The notes below the pieces were generated by a model. That model was not told the DNA's origin. It did not search any database and saw only the letters and a program-made list of their open reading frames with translations. Below, piece after piece: positions 42,246-51,895 of a DNA stretch of 64,000 bases. Made by a program: the position numbers and the translations under genes. Location of the stretch: positions 177 through 64,176 of the forward strand of contig JAITMS010000017.1 in NCBI GenBank assembly GCA_031277255.1, in the 5' to 3' direction. Source of the stretch: Azonexus sp. (GTDB lineage Bacteria > Pseudomonadota > Gammaproteobacteria > Burkholderiales > Rhodocyclaceae). Within the stretch, counting starts at the first letter, position 1. The number at the start of each line of letters is the position of its first letter.

Positions 42246-44637
42246 TGCCGTGGACGCCGGGCACGGTGTGGAGAGCCGTGCCCGGCGCGTGCTGCATTGG
42301 TTGGAAAATCTGTGTTTCTCGCATCGAGCCGTTCTGCTGACTGTCCTCGCAGCCTTTACCGTGGTGATGGGGTGGTTTGCCCTGCAATTGCGGATGGATG
42401 CGGGTTTCGACAAACAGATGCCGATCGGGCATGAGTACATCCAGACTTTCAACACCTACCGTGACGACGTGTTGGGCGCCAACCGGCTCAACTTTGTCGT
42501 CCGCGCCCGTGACGGCGAAATCTGGACTCCGGCTGGCCTGAAGCGGCTCTACGATGTCACTCAGGCCGTCACTTTTCTGCCGGGGGTTGATCGTCTGGGG
42601 GTGCAATCGTTGTGGACGCCCAACGCTTTCGTCAATGAAATCACCGAGGAGGGTTTTCGCGCCGATCCGCTGATTCCAGGCACCCTGACGCCGGAGCGGT
42701 TAACGCCGGAAGCGATTGATACGATCCACGGCGCAGCCCAACGGGGCGGCTTCATCGGCACACTGGTGGCGCGCGACAACAGCAGCGCCATGATCGTTGC
42801 CGATTTGTCCGATGTGGACAAGGATGGCAACCGGCTCGATTACGTCGCCTACAACAAGGTTCTCGAAGAGAAGATCCGTCGCCCGTTCGAGGATGCCGGT
42901 TTCGAGATTCAGATCATCGGTTTTGCCAAGCAGATCGGTGACATCGCCGATGGCGCATCGGCGGTGCTGGAATTTTGCCTGATTGCGCTGGGATTGACGG
43001 CAATTGCCGTCTACTGGTACTGCCATTCGCTACGTCTGACGCTCTTGCCGATTGCCTGTTCGCTGGCTTCGCTGATCTGGCAGTTCGGCGCGCTGCGCCT
43101 GCTCGGCTTTGGGTTGGATCCGCTGGCCGTGCTCGTTCCCTTTCTCGTGTTCGCCATCGGCGTCTCGCACGGCGTACAGCAAATCAACTATATTGTGCGC
43201 GCCCTCGCGCGCGGCAGCACCTGCTTCGACGCCTGCCGCGCCAGTTTCACCGGCCTTCTCATTCCAGGCACGCTGGCCCTGGTGACGGCGCTGGTATCGT
43301 TCATCACGCTGCTCCTGATCCCCATTCCGATGGTGCGCGAATTGTCGATTGCCGCAGCGTTGGGCGTCGGCTTCAAAATCATTACCAATCTCGTGATGTT
43401 GCCGGTCGCCGCCTCGTATTTCAATATCGGCAAGGCTTACGCCGACAAGGCCATGCGCAAGCGGGAACGGCGATCTGTGTGGATGAGCGGCTTGGCGCAC
43501 GTAGCCAAACCACGTCACGCGACCTTTACGCTGGTCATGGTTGCCGTGCTCTTTGTCGGCGCTGTGTGGCAAAGCCGTGATCGCGTGGTCGGCACGCTCC
43601 AGCCCGGCGCGCCTGAATTACGAGAGGATGCGCGTTTCAACCGCGACGCGGTCTCCATCGCCAGCCACTACGATACCGGTCTGGACTGGTTGACGGTGAT
43701 TTTTGAAGCGGCGCCCGAAAGTTGCGACAACGTCAATACCGGTCTCTACCAGAACCGTTTTATCCAAGCCATGCTGCCCGTTCCGGGCGTTCTGTCAATT
43801 TCCTCTTTTGCGGGCCAATTGAGGCTCTACAGCGAAGGCTACAACGAAGGTAATCCGAAGATGAATGTGGTGCCCATCGATCCTGCCAATTACGCGGCGC
43901 TGGCTGTAGAGATTTCGCGCGTGCGGGGGATGATGCGCAAGGATTGCGGCATGACGGCGGCGCATCTGTATCTGACCGACCACAAAGCCACCACCATCAA
44001 CCATGTGATCCAGGCCGTCAAGGTTTTCCGCGAAAGCCATCAGGAACCAGGCGTAACCATCCGGCTCGCTTCGGGAAACGCCGGTGTTCTGGCGGCGATC
44101 GACGAAGAAATTGAACGCAGCGAATTGCCCATGATGCTCTATGTGTATGCCGCCATCGTCATTCTCGTGCTGTTGGTCTATCGCGATTTCCGGGCCGTGC
44201 TGGCGTGCTGTCTGCCGCTTACCGTGGGGACTTTCATCGGCTACTGGTTTATGAAGGAACTTCAGATCGGCCTCACCGTCGCCACGCTACCCGTGATGGT
44301 TCTGGCGGTGGGTATCGGCGTCGACTATGCGTTCTACATCTACAACCGCCTGCAACTCCATCTCGCCAACGGACAGCCCATCGTCAAGGCTATCGAGCAC
44401 GCCATGCTCGAAGTGGGCATGGCGACGATTTTTACCGCGATCACGCTGGCCGTTGGCGTAGCGACATGGTCCTTTTCCGAACTGAAATTCCAGGCGGACA
44501 TGGGCAAGCTTCTGGCTTTCATGTTCATGGTCAACATGGTGATGGCGATGACGGCGCTGCCAGCCTTCGCCGTCTGGCTCGAACGCTTGTTCCCGCGCCG
44601 GGGGCCGGTACGCGCACCAGGCCTTCTGCAACACTGA
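42226..44637 (+). CDS. RND-superfamily (MMPL/HpnN-like) exporter, 12 TM with two periplasmic loops
   Basis: About 800 aa with two 6-TM bundles. Start uncertain: ATG 42226 overlaps DUF1302 by 20 nt. Confidence 0.65.
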   Translation: MQPTTSDAVDAGHGVESRARRVLHWLENLCFSHRAVLLTVLAAFTVVMGWFALQLRMDAGFDKQMPIGHEYIQTFNTYRDDVLGANRLNFVVRARDGEIWTPAGLKRLYDVTQAVTFLPGVDRLGVQSLWTPNAFVNEITEEGFRADPLIPGTLTPERLTPEAIDTIHGAAQRGGFIGTLVARDNSSAMIVADLSDVDKDGNRLDYVAYNKVLEEKIRRPFEDAGFEIQIIGFAKQIGDIADGASAVLEFCLIALGLTAIAVYWYCHSLRLTLLPIACSLASLIWQFGALRLLGFGLDPLAVLVPFLVFAIGVSHGVQQINYIVRALARGSTCFDACRASFTGLLIPGTLALVTALVSFITLLLIPIPMVRELSIAAALGVGFKIITNLVMLPVAASYFNIGKAYADKAMRKRERRSVWMSGLAHVAKPRHATFTLVMVAVLFVGAVWQSRDRVVGTLQPGAPELREDARFNRDAVSIASHYDTGLDWLTVIFEAAPESCDNVNTGLYQNRFIQAMLPVPGVLSISSFAGQLRLYSEGYNEGNPKMNVVPIDPANYAALAVEISRVRGMMRKDCGMTAAHLYLTDHKATTINHVIQAVKVFRESHQEPGVTIRLASGNAGVLAAIDEEIERSELPMMLYVYAAIVILVLLVYRDFRAVLACCLPLTVGTFIGYWFMKELQIGLTVATLPVMVLAVGIGVDYAFYIYNRLQLHLANGQPIVKAIEHAMLEVGMATIFTAITLAVGVATWSFSELKFQADMGKLLAFMFMVNMVMAMTALPAFAVWLERLFPRRGPVRAPGLLQH

Positions 44638-44643
44638 AACGAT

Positions 44644-45630
44644 ATGAAATTTTCAGCTTCCGTGATTCGCTGGCTTGTACTGCGCGGCGCGGCAACATGG
44701 GCGCTGGTTGCGCTCTGCTGCCTCGACGCTGGCGCTGACGAAACGCGGATGCCAACACTGCATCCCGCTGAGACGACCCGATACGCCATGAAAACGATGA
44801 TGCTGGCTGCCGCCGTAGCGGGCAAGCGCGTGGTCGCGGTCGGCGACCACGGTATCGTGCTACTCTCCGATGACGATGGCCAGTCTTGGCGGCAGGCGCG
44901 TTCTGTTCCCGCCGACGTGATGCTGACCGCGGTCAGCTTTGCCGACGCTGAGCGAGGCTGGGCTGTCGGACACTGGGGGCTGATCCTGCATACCGGCGAT
45001 GGCGGCGAGACTTGGGCGGTGCAACGGCTGGCAACCGATGAGGATCGGCCATTGTTCGGCGTACACTTCCGCGATACGCAGCACGGCGTCGCTGTCGGAT
45101 TGTGGTCTCTCATCCTGACCACCGACGACGGCGGTGCGACGTGGCGAACGCAGACTCTGCCGCCGCCCATCGGAGCCAGGCGGGCGGATCTCAACCTATT
45201 TGGCCTGACAGCCGACGGCAACGGAAACTGGTATGCGCCATCCGAGCGCGGTCTCATCTTGCACTCGGCTGACGATGGCGCCACCTGGAACTGGCTGGCG
45301 ACCGGCTTCAAAGGCTCGCTGTGGAGCGTCGTCGCCCTGCCGGACGGCATTTTGCTGGCGGCGGGATTACGCGGCGCGCTCTATCGCAGCGCCGACCACG
45401 GTGCCAACTGGTCCGCCGTCGACAGCGGCGCCTCCGCCTCCATCATCTCGCTGGCATGGCGGGACGGCGGCAGTAAAGTCATTGCGGCCAGCGTTGATGG
45501 CGAAGTGCTATCCAGTACCGATACCGGTGCAAGTTTCCAATCCGTCCGCAGTAACGTGCCGCTGACCGGCGCACTGATTGCACCGGGCGGACAAACCGTG
45601 CTGCTGTCGCGGCAAGGACCGGTACGATAA
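44644..45630 (+). CDS. BNR/Ycf48-like beta-propeller protein
   Basis: Repeated S/TxDxGxTW motifs (SDDDGQSW, TGDGGETW, TDDGGATW, ADDGATW, ADHGANW, TDTGASF). Signal peptide. Confidence 0.7.
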   Translation: MKFSASVIRWLVLRGAATWALVALCCLDAGADETRMPTLHPAETTRYAMKTMMLAAAVAGKRVVAVGDHGIVLLSDDDGQSWRQARSVPADVMLTAVSFADAERGWAVGHWGLILHTGDGGETWAVQRLATDEDRPLFGVHFRDTQHGVAVGLWSLILTTDDGGATWRTQTLPPPIGARRADLNLFGLTADGNGNWYAPSERGLILHSADDGATWNWLATGFKGSLWSVVALPDGILLAAGLRGALYRSADHGANWSAVDSGASASIISLAWRDGGSKVIAASVDGEVLSSTDTGASFQSVRSNVPLTGALIAPGGQTVLLSRQGPVR

Positions 45631-45642
45631 TCAAAGTTGCGC

Positions 45643-45690
45643 GGGCGTCACGCCAATCCGTCTCCGGTCTGGCGGACGCCCGTTTCTTTG
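45643..45690 (+). terminator. rho-independent terminator closing the co-directional block
   Basis: GGGCGTC(A)CGCCA...TGGCGGACGCCC hairpin followed by GTTTCTTTG. Confidence 0.6.
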
Positions 45691-45701
45691 ATGAAACCCG
45701 G

Positions 45702-48368
45702 TTATTTCGAGGTTTCGACCATTTGCAGCGGTTCGTCGGCGGTCTGGCCGAGATCGGCCTTCGGTTTGCGCGGGCGGCCGAGGCGGGCGGGGGGTTCTGC
45801 CTGGGCGACGGCGGCGGTGGTTGTGGTTTGAACCAGGACCAGGCCGCTGTCGGCGAGGGTTTGTTCCAGATTTTCAGTCGTGATGGCGATCGGCGCGGCG
45901 GTGATGACCGGGGCCGGGGGGCTGACTGGCGCTTGTTCGGCGACGGTTGCCACTACCGGTTCAGCGATGTCGACAATGACCGGCGCTGTTTCGACGGCTG
46001 GCGCGGGGATGCGGGCGGCGGGTTCGATCACCGTTGCCGCCGGGGAGGCTGCGATCTCCGGGGCCGTTTCGGCGGCTGCCGCCGCGACTTCCGGCGGCGC
46101 TTCGACAGCAACCTGTGCGGCCAGTGGTTCTTCATCCGGGGCGGCTTCGATGACGACGACGATGGGAGCGGCCTCGGCGGGTTCCGGGGTGGCGGCGGTT
46201 GTTTCATCCGTTGCCGCCGCTGCTTCGGCTTCCGGCGTCAGGGCGAGGGCTTCGCCGTCCTGACGGCGGCCTTCGCCACGGCTGCGGCTGCCGCGCCGGG
46301 TGCGGCGGCGGCTGGCGTTTTCCCCGCCGGTTTCCTGGGTTTCGCTGTCAGCGGGCGGCGGCGTGGTCAGGCTGGCGGTTTCAATCGCTTCCGGGGCTGG
46401 GCGTTGTTCGGTCTGACGTTCGGTTTTTTCCCGGCGCGGTTTGCGTTCCTTGCGCTCGCCGCTACTTGCCGCATTGGCGGCTTCGTCGCGCGGGGCGTTT
46501 TCGGCGCGGTTGCCGCGTTCCTGACGAGGGCTGCGTTCTTCCTCGCGGCGGTTGTTGCTGCGTCCGTTGCGGCGGTTTTCGCTGCGGTTTTCGTTGCGGC
46601 TCTGGCGCGGTTTGCGCGCCGGTTCAGGTTTTGCCGCCGGGGCGGGCGCCGTTTCGCCGCCGCTGAACCAGGCGGCGATTCTGGCCAGCAGGCCGGGTTT
46701 GGCGGGCGCTACCGGAGCGGCTTTGGCGGCGGCGCGTTTTTCGGCGACCAACGGGGCCGGTTGCTCCGGCGAGATGCTTTTGACCACGGCTTCCTGACGC
46801 GGTTTGGCAACCTCCTGCTGGGCCGCCAGTTTGACGGCTTCTTCCGCCGGGACGTCGACCATGCGGTAGGAGGGTTCGCGGGTGTCTTCGCTGCCCATAT
46901 CTTCATGGCGCAGGCGGGTGATTTTGTGGGCTGGCGTTTCGAGGTGGATGTTGGGGATGAGCAGAATGTCGACCTTGTGCCGCAGTTCGATGGCGGCGAT
47001 GTCCGGGCGCTTTTCGTTGAGCAGGAAGGTGGCGACGTCGACCGGCATTTGTACATGGACGGCGCGGCTGTTTTCCTTCATCGCTTCTTCTTCGAGGATG
47101 CGCAGGATGTGCAGCGCCGCCGATTCGGTCGAGCGGATGTGGCCGGTGCCGGTGCAGCGCGGGCAGGAGATGTAGCTGGTTTCGGCGAGCGCCGGACGCA
47201 GCCGCTGACGCGACAGCTCCATCAGGCCGAAGCGGCTGATCTTGCCCATCTGCACGCGGGCGCGGTCGAAGCGCAGACCGTCCTTCAAGCGGTTTTCGAC
47301 TTCGCGCTGGTTTTTGCTGCTTTCCATGTCGATGAAGTCGATGACGATGAGGCCGCCCAGGTCGCGCAGGCGCAGTTGCCGGGCCAGTTCGTCGGCGGCT
47401 TCGAGATTGGTTTTGAGGGCGGTTTCTTCAATATCCGAGCCGCGCGTGGCGCGGCCTGAGTTGACGTCGACGGCGACCAGCGCCTCGGTGTGGTCGATGA
47501 CGATGGCCCCGCCGGAGGGCAGATTGACCTGGCGGGCAAAGGCCGTTTCGATCTGGTGCTCGATCTGGAAACGCGAAAAGAGCGGCACGTCGTCGCGGTA
47601 GCGTTTGACGCGGCTGACGTTGCCGGGCATGACCGTGCCCATGAAGGCGCGGGCCTGCTCGAAGACATCGTCGGTGTCGATGAGGATTTCGCCGATGTCC
47701 GGCTGGAAGTAGTCGCGGATGGCGCGGATGACCAGCGAGCCTTCGAGGTAAATGAGAAAAGCGCCGGATTCCTGCCGCGCCGCGCCTTCGATGGCGCTCC
47801 ACAGTTGCAGCAGGTAGTTCAAATCCCACTGCAATTCTTCCGTCTGGCGGCCAATGGCGGCGGTGCGGGCGATCAGGCTCATGCCGCCGGGGACTTCGAG
47901 CTGATCCATGATTTCCCGAAGTTCGGCGCGGTCGTCGCCATCGACGCGGCGGGAGACGCCGCCGCCGCGCGGGTTGTTCGGCATCAGGACGAGATAGCGG
48001 CCCGCCAGCGAGACGTAGGTGGTCAGCGCCGCGCCCTTGTTGCCGCGCTCGTCCTTGTCGACCTGGACGATCAGTTCCTGGCCTTCCTTCAAGGCTTCCT
48101 TGATGCCAGCCTTGCTGACTTCGACACCCGGCTGGAAGTAAGCGCGGGAGACTTCCTTGAAGGGCAGAAAGCCGTGGCGTTCAGCGCCGTAATCGACGAA
48201 GCAGGCTTCGAGCGACGGTTCGATGCGGGTGACGACACCCTTGTAGATATTGCTTTTGCGTTCTTCCTTGGCGGCGGATTCAATGTCGAGGTCGATGAGT
48301 TTTTGACCGTCGACGATGGCGACACGGAGTTCTTCCGCCTGTGTCGCATTAAAGAGCATACGTTTCAT
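45702..48368 (-). CDS. rne: ribonuclease E
   Basis: MKRMLFNATQAEELRVAIVDGQKL..., S1 domain, catalytic N-terminal half, Arg/Pro/Ala-rich low-complexity scaffold C-terminal half. Confidence 0.95.
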   Translation of the reverse strand: MKRMLFNATQAEELRVAIVDGQKLIDLDIESAAKEERKSNIYKGVVTRIEPSLEACFVDYGAERHGFLPFKEVSRAYFQPGVEVSKAGIKEALKEGQELIVQVDKDERGNKGAALTTYVSLAGRYLVLMPNNPRGGGVSRRVDGDDRAELREIMDQLEVPGGMSLIARTAAIGRQTEELQWDLNYLLQLWSAIEGAARQESGAFLIYLEGSLVIRAIRDYFQPDIGEILIDTDDVFEQARAFMGTVMPGNVSRVKRYRDDVPLFSRFQIEHQIETAFARQVNLPSGGAIVIDHTEALVAVDVNSGRATRGSDIEETALKTNLEAADELARQLRLRDLGGLIVIDFIDMESSKNQREVENRLKDGLRFDRARVQMGKISRFGLMELSRQRLRPALAETSYISCPRCTGTGHIRSTESAALHILRILEEEAMKENSRAVHVQMPVDVATFLLNEKRPDIAAIELRHKVDILLIPNIHLETPAHKITRLRHEDMGSEDTREPSYRMVDVPAEEAVKLAAQQEVAKPRQEAVVKSISPEQPAPLVAEKRAAAKAAPVAPAKPGLLARIAAWFSGGETAPAPAAKPEPARKPRQSRNENRSENRRNGRSNNRREEERSPRQERGNRAENAPRDEAANAASSGERKERKPRREKTERQTEQRPAPEAIETASLTTPPPADSETQETGGENASRRRTRRGSRSRGEGRRQDGEALALTPEAEAAAATDETTAATPEPAEAAPIVVVIEAAPDEEPLAAQVAVEAPPEVAAAAAETAPEIAASPAATVIEPAARIPAPAVETAPVIVDIAEPVVATVAEQAPVSPPAPVITAAPIAITTENLEQTLADSGLVLVQTTTTAAVAQAEPPARLGRPRKPKADLGQTADEPLQMVETSK

Positions 48369-48769
48369 TGTTGTTGGCTCCAGCGCCCTTGTTTTCTCGC
48401 GCGCAGCCGTGAAATGCCCATGCAGGCAGACAGTTTCAGTTCCCGGTTGGTGTCATGGCATCGGTTCAGGGTGAAAATGCTGTTTGAAATATTGGCCGCA
48501 GCGTCGGCAAAATCTGCAAGGCGCTGCCTGAAATTCCTGCGACGGACTTTTCCGTGCGTGCTTGAAAGCGGGCTAATCCATTAACATCACTACTTTTGGT
48601 GAGTGAACTTAACCAGGCGAATCACGTTGGTCTGGCTGATGCCGGTCGCACCAGTGAAATGTTCAGAACCTGCCGCACAGTGGCCGCTTTTGATGCGGGG
48701 CGAGGGCGGTCTGACGGTTCGGAAACTTCTTGCAAACCGAGACGTAAAACAGGCGGAGTATATTAGAAA
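48369..48769 (-). promoter_or_regulatory. long rne 5' leader/promoter region (shared divergent region with rluC)
   Basis: About 400 nt non-coding upstream of rne. By analogy with the autoregulatory rne 5' UTR of enterobacteria. Structure not verified. Confidence 0.4.
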
Positions 48770-49780
48770 ATGGCGCGTGCCGCTAACAATTCAAACAAAA
48801 GCAGAGTCTCCTACCTGGTCATCGGTGGCGAGGCCGAGGGCCAGCGTCTCGACAATTTTCTCATCGGTCATTGCAAGGGCGTTCCCAAAAGCCACCTCTA
48901 CCGCATCCTGAGAAGCGGCGAAGTGCGGGTCAACAGTGGCCGGGTCGATGCCGCTTACCGGCTGCGCGTCGGCGACAAGCTGCGGCTGCCGCCGCTGCGT
49001 CTGGCGGCGCGGGAAGAAAGCGGCGGCGAAGCGGCGCGGCGGCAGATCGCGCTGCCGGTTCTTTTTGAGGATGACGCCCTGCTGGTCATCGACAAACCCG
49101 AAGGCATCGCCGTGCACGGCGGCAGCGGCGTCAGCTTCGGCGTCATCGAAGCCTTGCGCCAGCAGCGTCCGACCGCCCGCTTCCTCGAACTCGCGCACCG
49201 GCTCGACCGCGAAACCTCCGGCATTCTGCTGATCGGCAAAAAACGCCTGGCGCTGACGGCCTTGCACGATATGTTCCGCGCACACGGGGCGGGCGCTGAC
49301 AAACGCTATCTGGCGCTGGTCAAGGGCCGCTGGCTGAAGGCGACGCAGCACGTCAAGGCGCCGCTCCACAAATACCTGCTCGACAACGGCGAACGGCGGG
49401 TCAGCGTGCGGGCCGACGGCAAGGCGGCGCACACGATCTTTCGCCTGCTCGTCCGCTGGCCGACGATGAGCCTCGTCGAAGCGCAGTTGAAAACCGGGCG
49501 CACCCATCAGATTCGCGTCCATCTCGCGCATCTTGGCTTTCCCATTCTCGGTGATGAAAAATACGGCGATTTCACCCTCAATCGCCAACTGCCCAAACAA
49601 GGCCTCAAACGCATGGCCCTGCACGCCTGGCGCATGGCCTTCCGCCATCCCTTGAGCGGCGCGCCGCTGGAATGCGTGGCGCCGCTGCCGACAGGCATCC
49701 GCTCGGCCATCGCCGTTGCCGACGCGGCGAGCGAACGCGAGTTTTCTGCCGACAACCTCGACCGGATTTTGTCCCAATGA
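48770..49780 (+). CDS. rluC: 23S rRNA pseudouridine synthase, RluC/RluA family
   Basis: S4 domain (RLDNFL...SHLYRILRSGEVRVN), catalytic HRLDRETSG motif, and the classic divergent position next to rne. Confidence 0.85.
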   Translation: MARAANNSNKSRVSYLVIGGEAEGQRLDNFLIGHCKGVPKSHLYRILRSGEVRVNSGRVDAAYRLRVGDKLRLPPLRLAAREESGGEAARRQIALPVLFEDDALLVIDKPEGIAVHGGSGVSFGVIEALRQQRPTARFLELAHRLDRETSGILLIGKKRLALTALHDMFRAHGAGADKRYLALVKGRWLKATQHVKAPLHKYLLDNGERRVSVRADGKAAHTIFRLLVRWPTMSLVEAQLKTGRTHQIRVHLAHLGFPILGDEKYGDFTLNRQLPKQGLKRMALHAWRMAFRHPLSGAPLECVAPLPTGIRSAIAVADAASEREFSADNLDRILSQ

Positions 49781-50427
49781 AATACCCATTGATCGTCTTT
49801 GACTGGGACGGCACCTTGCTCGATTCCGCCGCCGCCATCGTCCACGCCATTCAGGCCGCCTGCCGCGACCTCGGCCTGCCCGCGCCGGACGACCGCCGCG
49901 CCCGCCACGTCATCGGCTTGGGCCTTGCCGACGCCATGCGGCATGTCGCGCCCGATCTCAAGCCGGAGCAGATTCAGTCAATGGCCGAGCGTTACCGCCA
50001 TCACTACTTATCCGGCGATCATCAACTGACCTTGTTCCCCGGCGTGCCGGAGATGCTCGCGCGCTTGCGGGCGGACGGCCACCGGCTCGCCGTCGCCACC
50101 GGCAAAAGCCGCCTCGGTCTGGAAAGGGCGCTCGACCACTCCGGCCTGCGCCCCTATTTTCTCGCTTCACGCTGCGCCGACGAATGCCACTCCAAGCCGC
50201 ATCCGCAAATGCTGCTCGAATTGCTGGACGAGTTGGCCATCGCCGCCGAATCAACGCTGATGATCGGCGACACCACACACGACCTGCTACTGGCGAAAAA
50301 CGCTGGCGTCGACGCGCTGGCCGTGACCTATGGCGCGCACCCGCTGGCGTCTTTGCTCGAACATCAACCGCTGGCCACGCTCTACAGCGTGCCGGCGCTT
50401 GACCAGTGGCTGCGGGCGCATGCTTGA
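49777..50427 (+). CDS. HAD-IA hydrolase (phosphoglycolate phosphatase-like)
   Basis: IVFDWDGTLLDS motif I, ATGKS motif II, GDTTHD motif IV. ATGA overlap with rluC. Confidence 0.8.
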   Translation: MKYPLIVFDWDGTLLDSAAAIVHAIQAACRDLGLPAPDDRRARHVIGLGLADAMRHVAPDLKPEQIQSMAERYRHHYLSGDHQLTLFPGVPEMLARLRADGHRLAVATGKSRLGLERALDHSGLRPYFLASRCADECHSKPHPQMLLELLDELAIAAESTLMIGDTTHDLLLAKNAGVDALAVTYGAHPLASLLEHQPLATLYSVPALDQWLRAHA

Positions 50428-50471
50428 GTGGCGCGGATAGAGCGATTTTTTGTTTATTCGCTGGCAATTTG

Positions 50472-50555
50472 ATACCGTTCGGGCTGAGCCTGTCGAAGCC
50501 CGTTTCATCCTCCCTCCGCACCGCCCTTCGACAAGCTCAGGGCGAACGGGAGGGG
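50472..50555. repeat. about 85-bp REP/MITE-like element (GGGCTGAGCCTGTCGAAGCCC ... CTTCGACAAGCTCAGGGCGAACGG)
   Basis: Internal inverted repeats. Near-identical copy in the opposite orientation at 53149-53240. Confidence 0.7.
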
Positions 50556-50570
50556 CTAAGCGCCGGACAC

Positions 50571-51026
50571 TTAACACGTTCCGGCCTTGCGGCAGGCGGC
50601 GATGGCCGGGGCGGCGGGGGTGACGGGATACTGGTCGGCGATCCAGCCCTTGATGCCGTTCTTGACGTTGTACACCGTGGCGTAACCGGCTTCTTGCGAC
50701 AGGAAGCGGCTGACCGCGCGTGAGCGGCTGCCGCTGCGGCAGATGATGACGACCGGCTGACTGGCGGCGGCGTAGGGTTTGATCCGCGCCAACCAGGCTG
50801 CCGGGTCGGCCTGGCCGGAGGCGTCGAAAAAGGTGTTGAGGCGGCTGCCCGCGATGACGCCGGTTTCTTCCCATTCCGCTTGCTGGCGGACATCAATGAG
50901 CGGCGCGCCCTGTTCGATGAGCCGCGCCAGTTCGGCATTGTCGATGTCGATGACTTCGCTGCGGGCGGCGAGGCTGACGAGCAGGAGGCAGAACGCAAAC
51001 AGACGGGAGCAGAGGCGAAGGTTCAT
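50571..51026 (-). CDS. periplasmic rhodanese-domain protein
   Basis: Signal peptide. Active-site loop ICRSGSRS (CRxGxR). Confidence 0.75.
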   Translation of the reverse strand: MNLRLCSRLFAFCLLLVSLAARSEVIDIDNAELARLIEQGAPLIDVRQQAEWEETGVIAGSRLNTFFDASGQADPAAWLARIKPYAAASQPVVIICRSGSRSRAVSRFLSQEAGYATVYNVKNGIKGWIADQYPVTPAAPAIAACRKAGTC

Positions 51027-51037
51027 GGTTGGGGGCA

Positions 51038-51877
51038 TCAGGCAAAGAGATGGAGCAGGCTATCGAGGCCGCCGAAATTGATGGCGACATCGGCCTTGGC
51101 GCGGGCCGCCGGTTTGGCGTGGTAGGCGACGGCGAGGCCGGATTCGGCCATCATCGGCAGATCGTTGGCGCCGTCGCCGATGGCGATGACTTGCCCTTGC
51201 GCCAAACCCAGTTCATCGCGCAAGCGGCAAAGGTGGCGGGCCTTGGCCGCGCCGTCCACAATCTCGCCAAGGACGCGGCCCGTCAGCTTGCCGCCAGCAA
51301 TTTCCAGTTCGTTGGAAGTAGCGAAGTCAAAGCCGAGTTCAATGCGCAGGCGCTCGGTGAAGTAGGTGAAACCGCCGGAGAGAATGGCCGTGCGCAACCC
51401 GGCGGCCTGGGCGGCGGCCAGCAGTTCGCGGGCGCCCCTGGCGAGTTGCAGGCGTTCACTGAAAACGCGGGCCAGCACGCGGGCATCCAGCCCGGCGAGC
51501 AGCGCCAGACGGCGGCGGAGACTCTCCTGATAATCCATCTCGCCACGCATCGCGGCTTCGGTGACGGCGGCAACCGCGGCTTTTTTGTTGGCGAAATCGG
51601 CCAGTTCGTCAATGCACTCGATGGTAATCAGCGTCGAATCCATGTCGAAACAGATGAGGCCAAAGTCGGCCAGTTTTCTATTGGCGGCGACAAAGGCCCA
51701 ATCGAGTTTTTCGGTTTCAATGAGGGGAATCAGGGCGTCGAATTCTGGCGTGCGGCGAGCGGCAAGCAGACGGACGACCTGCGGCGGACGCGGCTCAACC
51801 GCCGCCGCGCCGGTGGCGGCGGCGATGCGCTCAAGCAGAAAGGTGGGCAGGGCGCCGCCCTGGAGGGTGAGGTTCAC
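51038..51877 (-). CDS. serB: phosphoserine phosphatase SerB
   Basis: FDMDSTLI motif I, SGGF motif II, GDGANDL motif IV, N-terminal ACT-like extension. Confidence 0.85.
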   Translation of the reverse strand: MNLTLQGGALPTFLLERIAAATGAAAVEPRPPQVVRLLAARRTPEFDALIPLIETEKLDWAFVAANRKLADFGLICFDMDSTLITIECIDELADFANKKAAVAAVTEAAMRGEMDYQESLRRRLALLAGLDARVLARVFSERLQLARGARELLAAAQAAGLRTAILSGGFTYFTERLRIELGFDFATSNELEIAGGKLTGRVLGEIVDGAAKARHLCRLRDELGLAQGQVIAIGDGANDLPMMAESGLAVAYHAKPAARAKADVAINFGGLDSLLHLFA

Positions 51878-51895
51878 GCCGGAATCATGGGCAGA

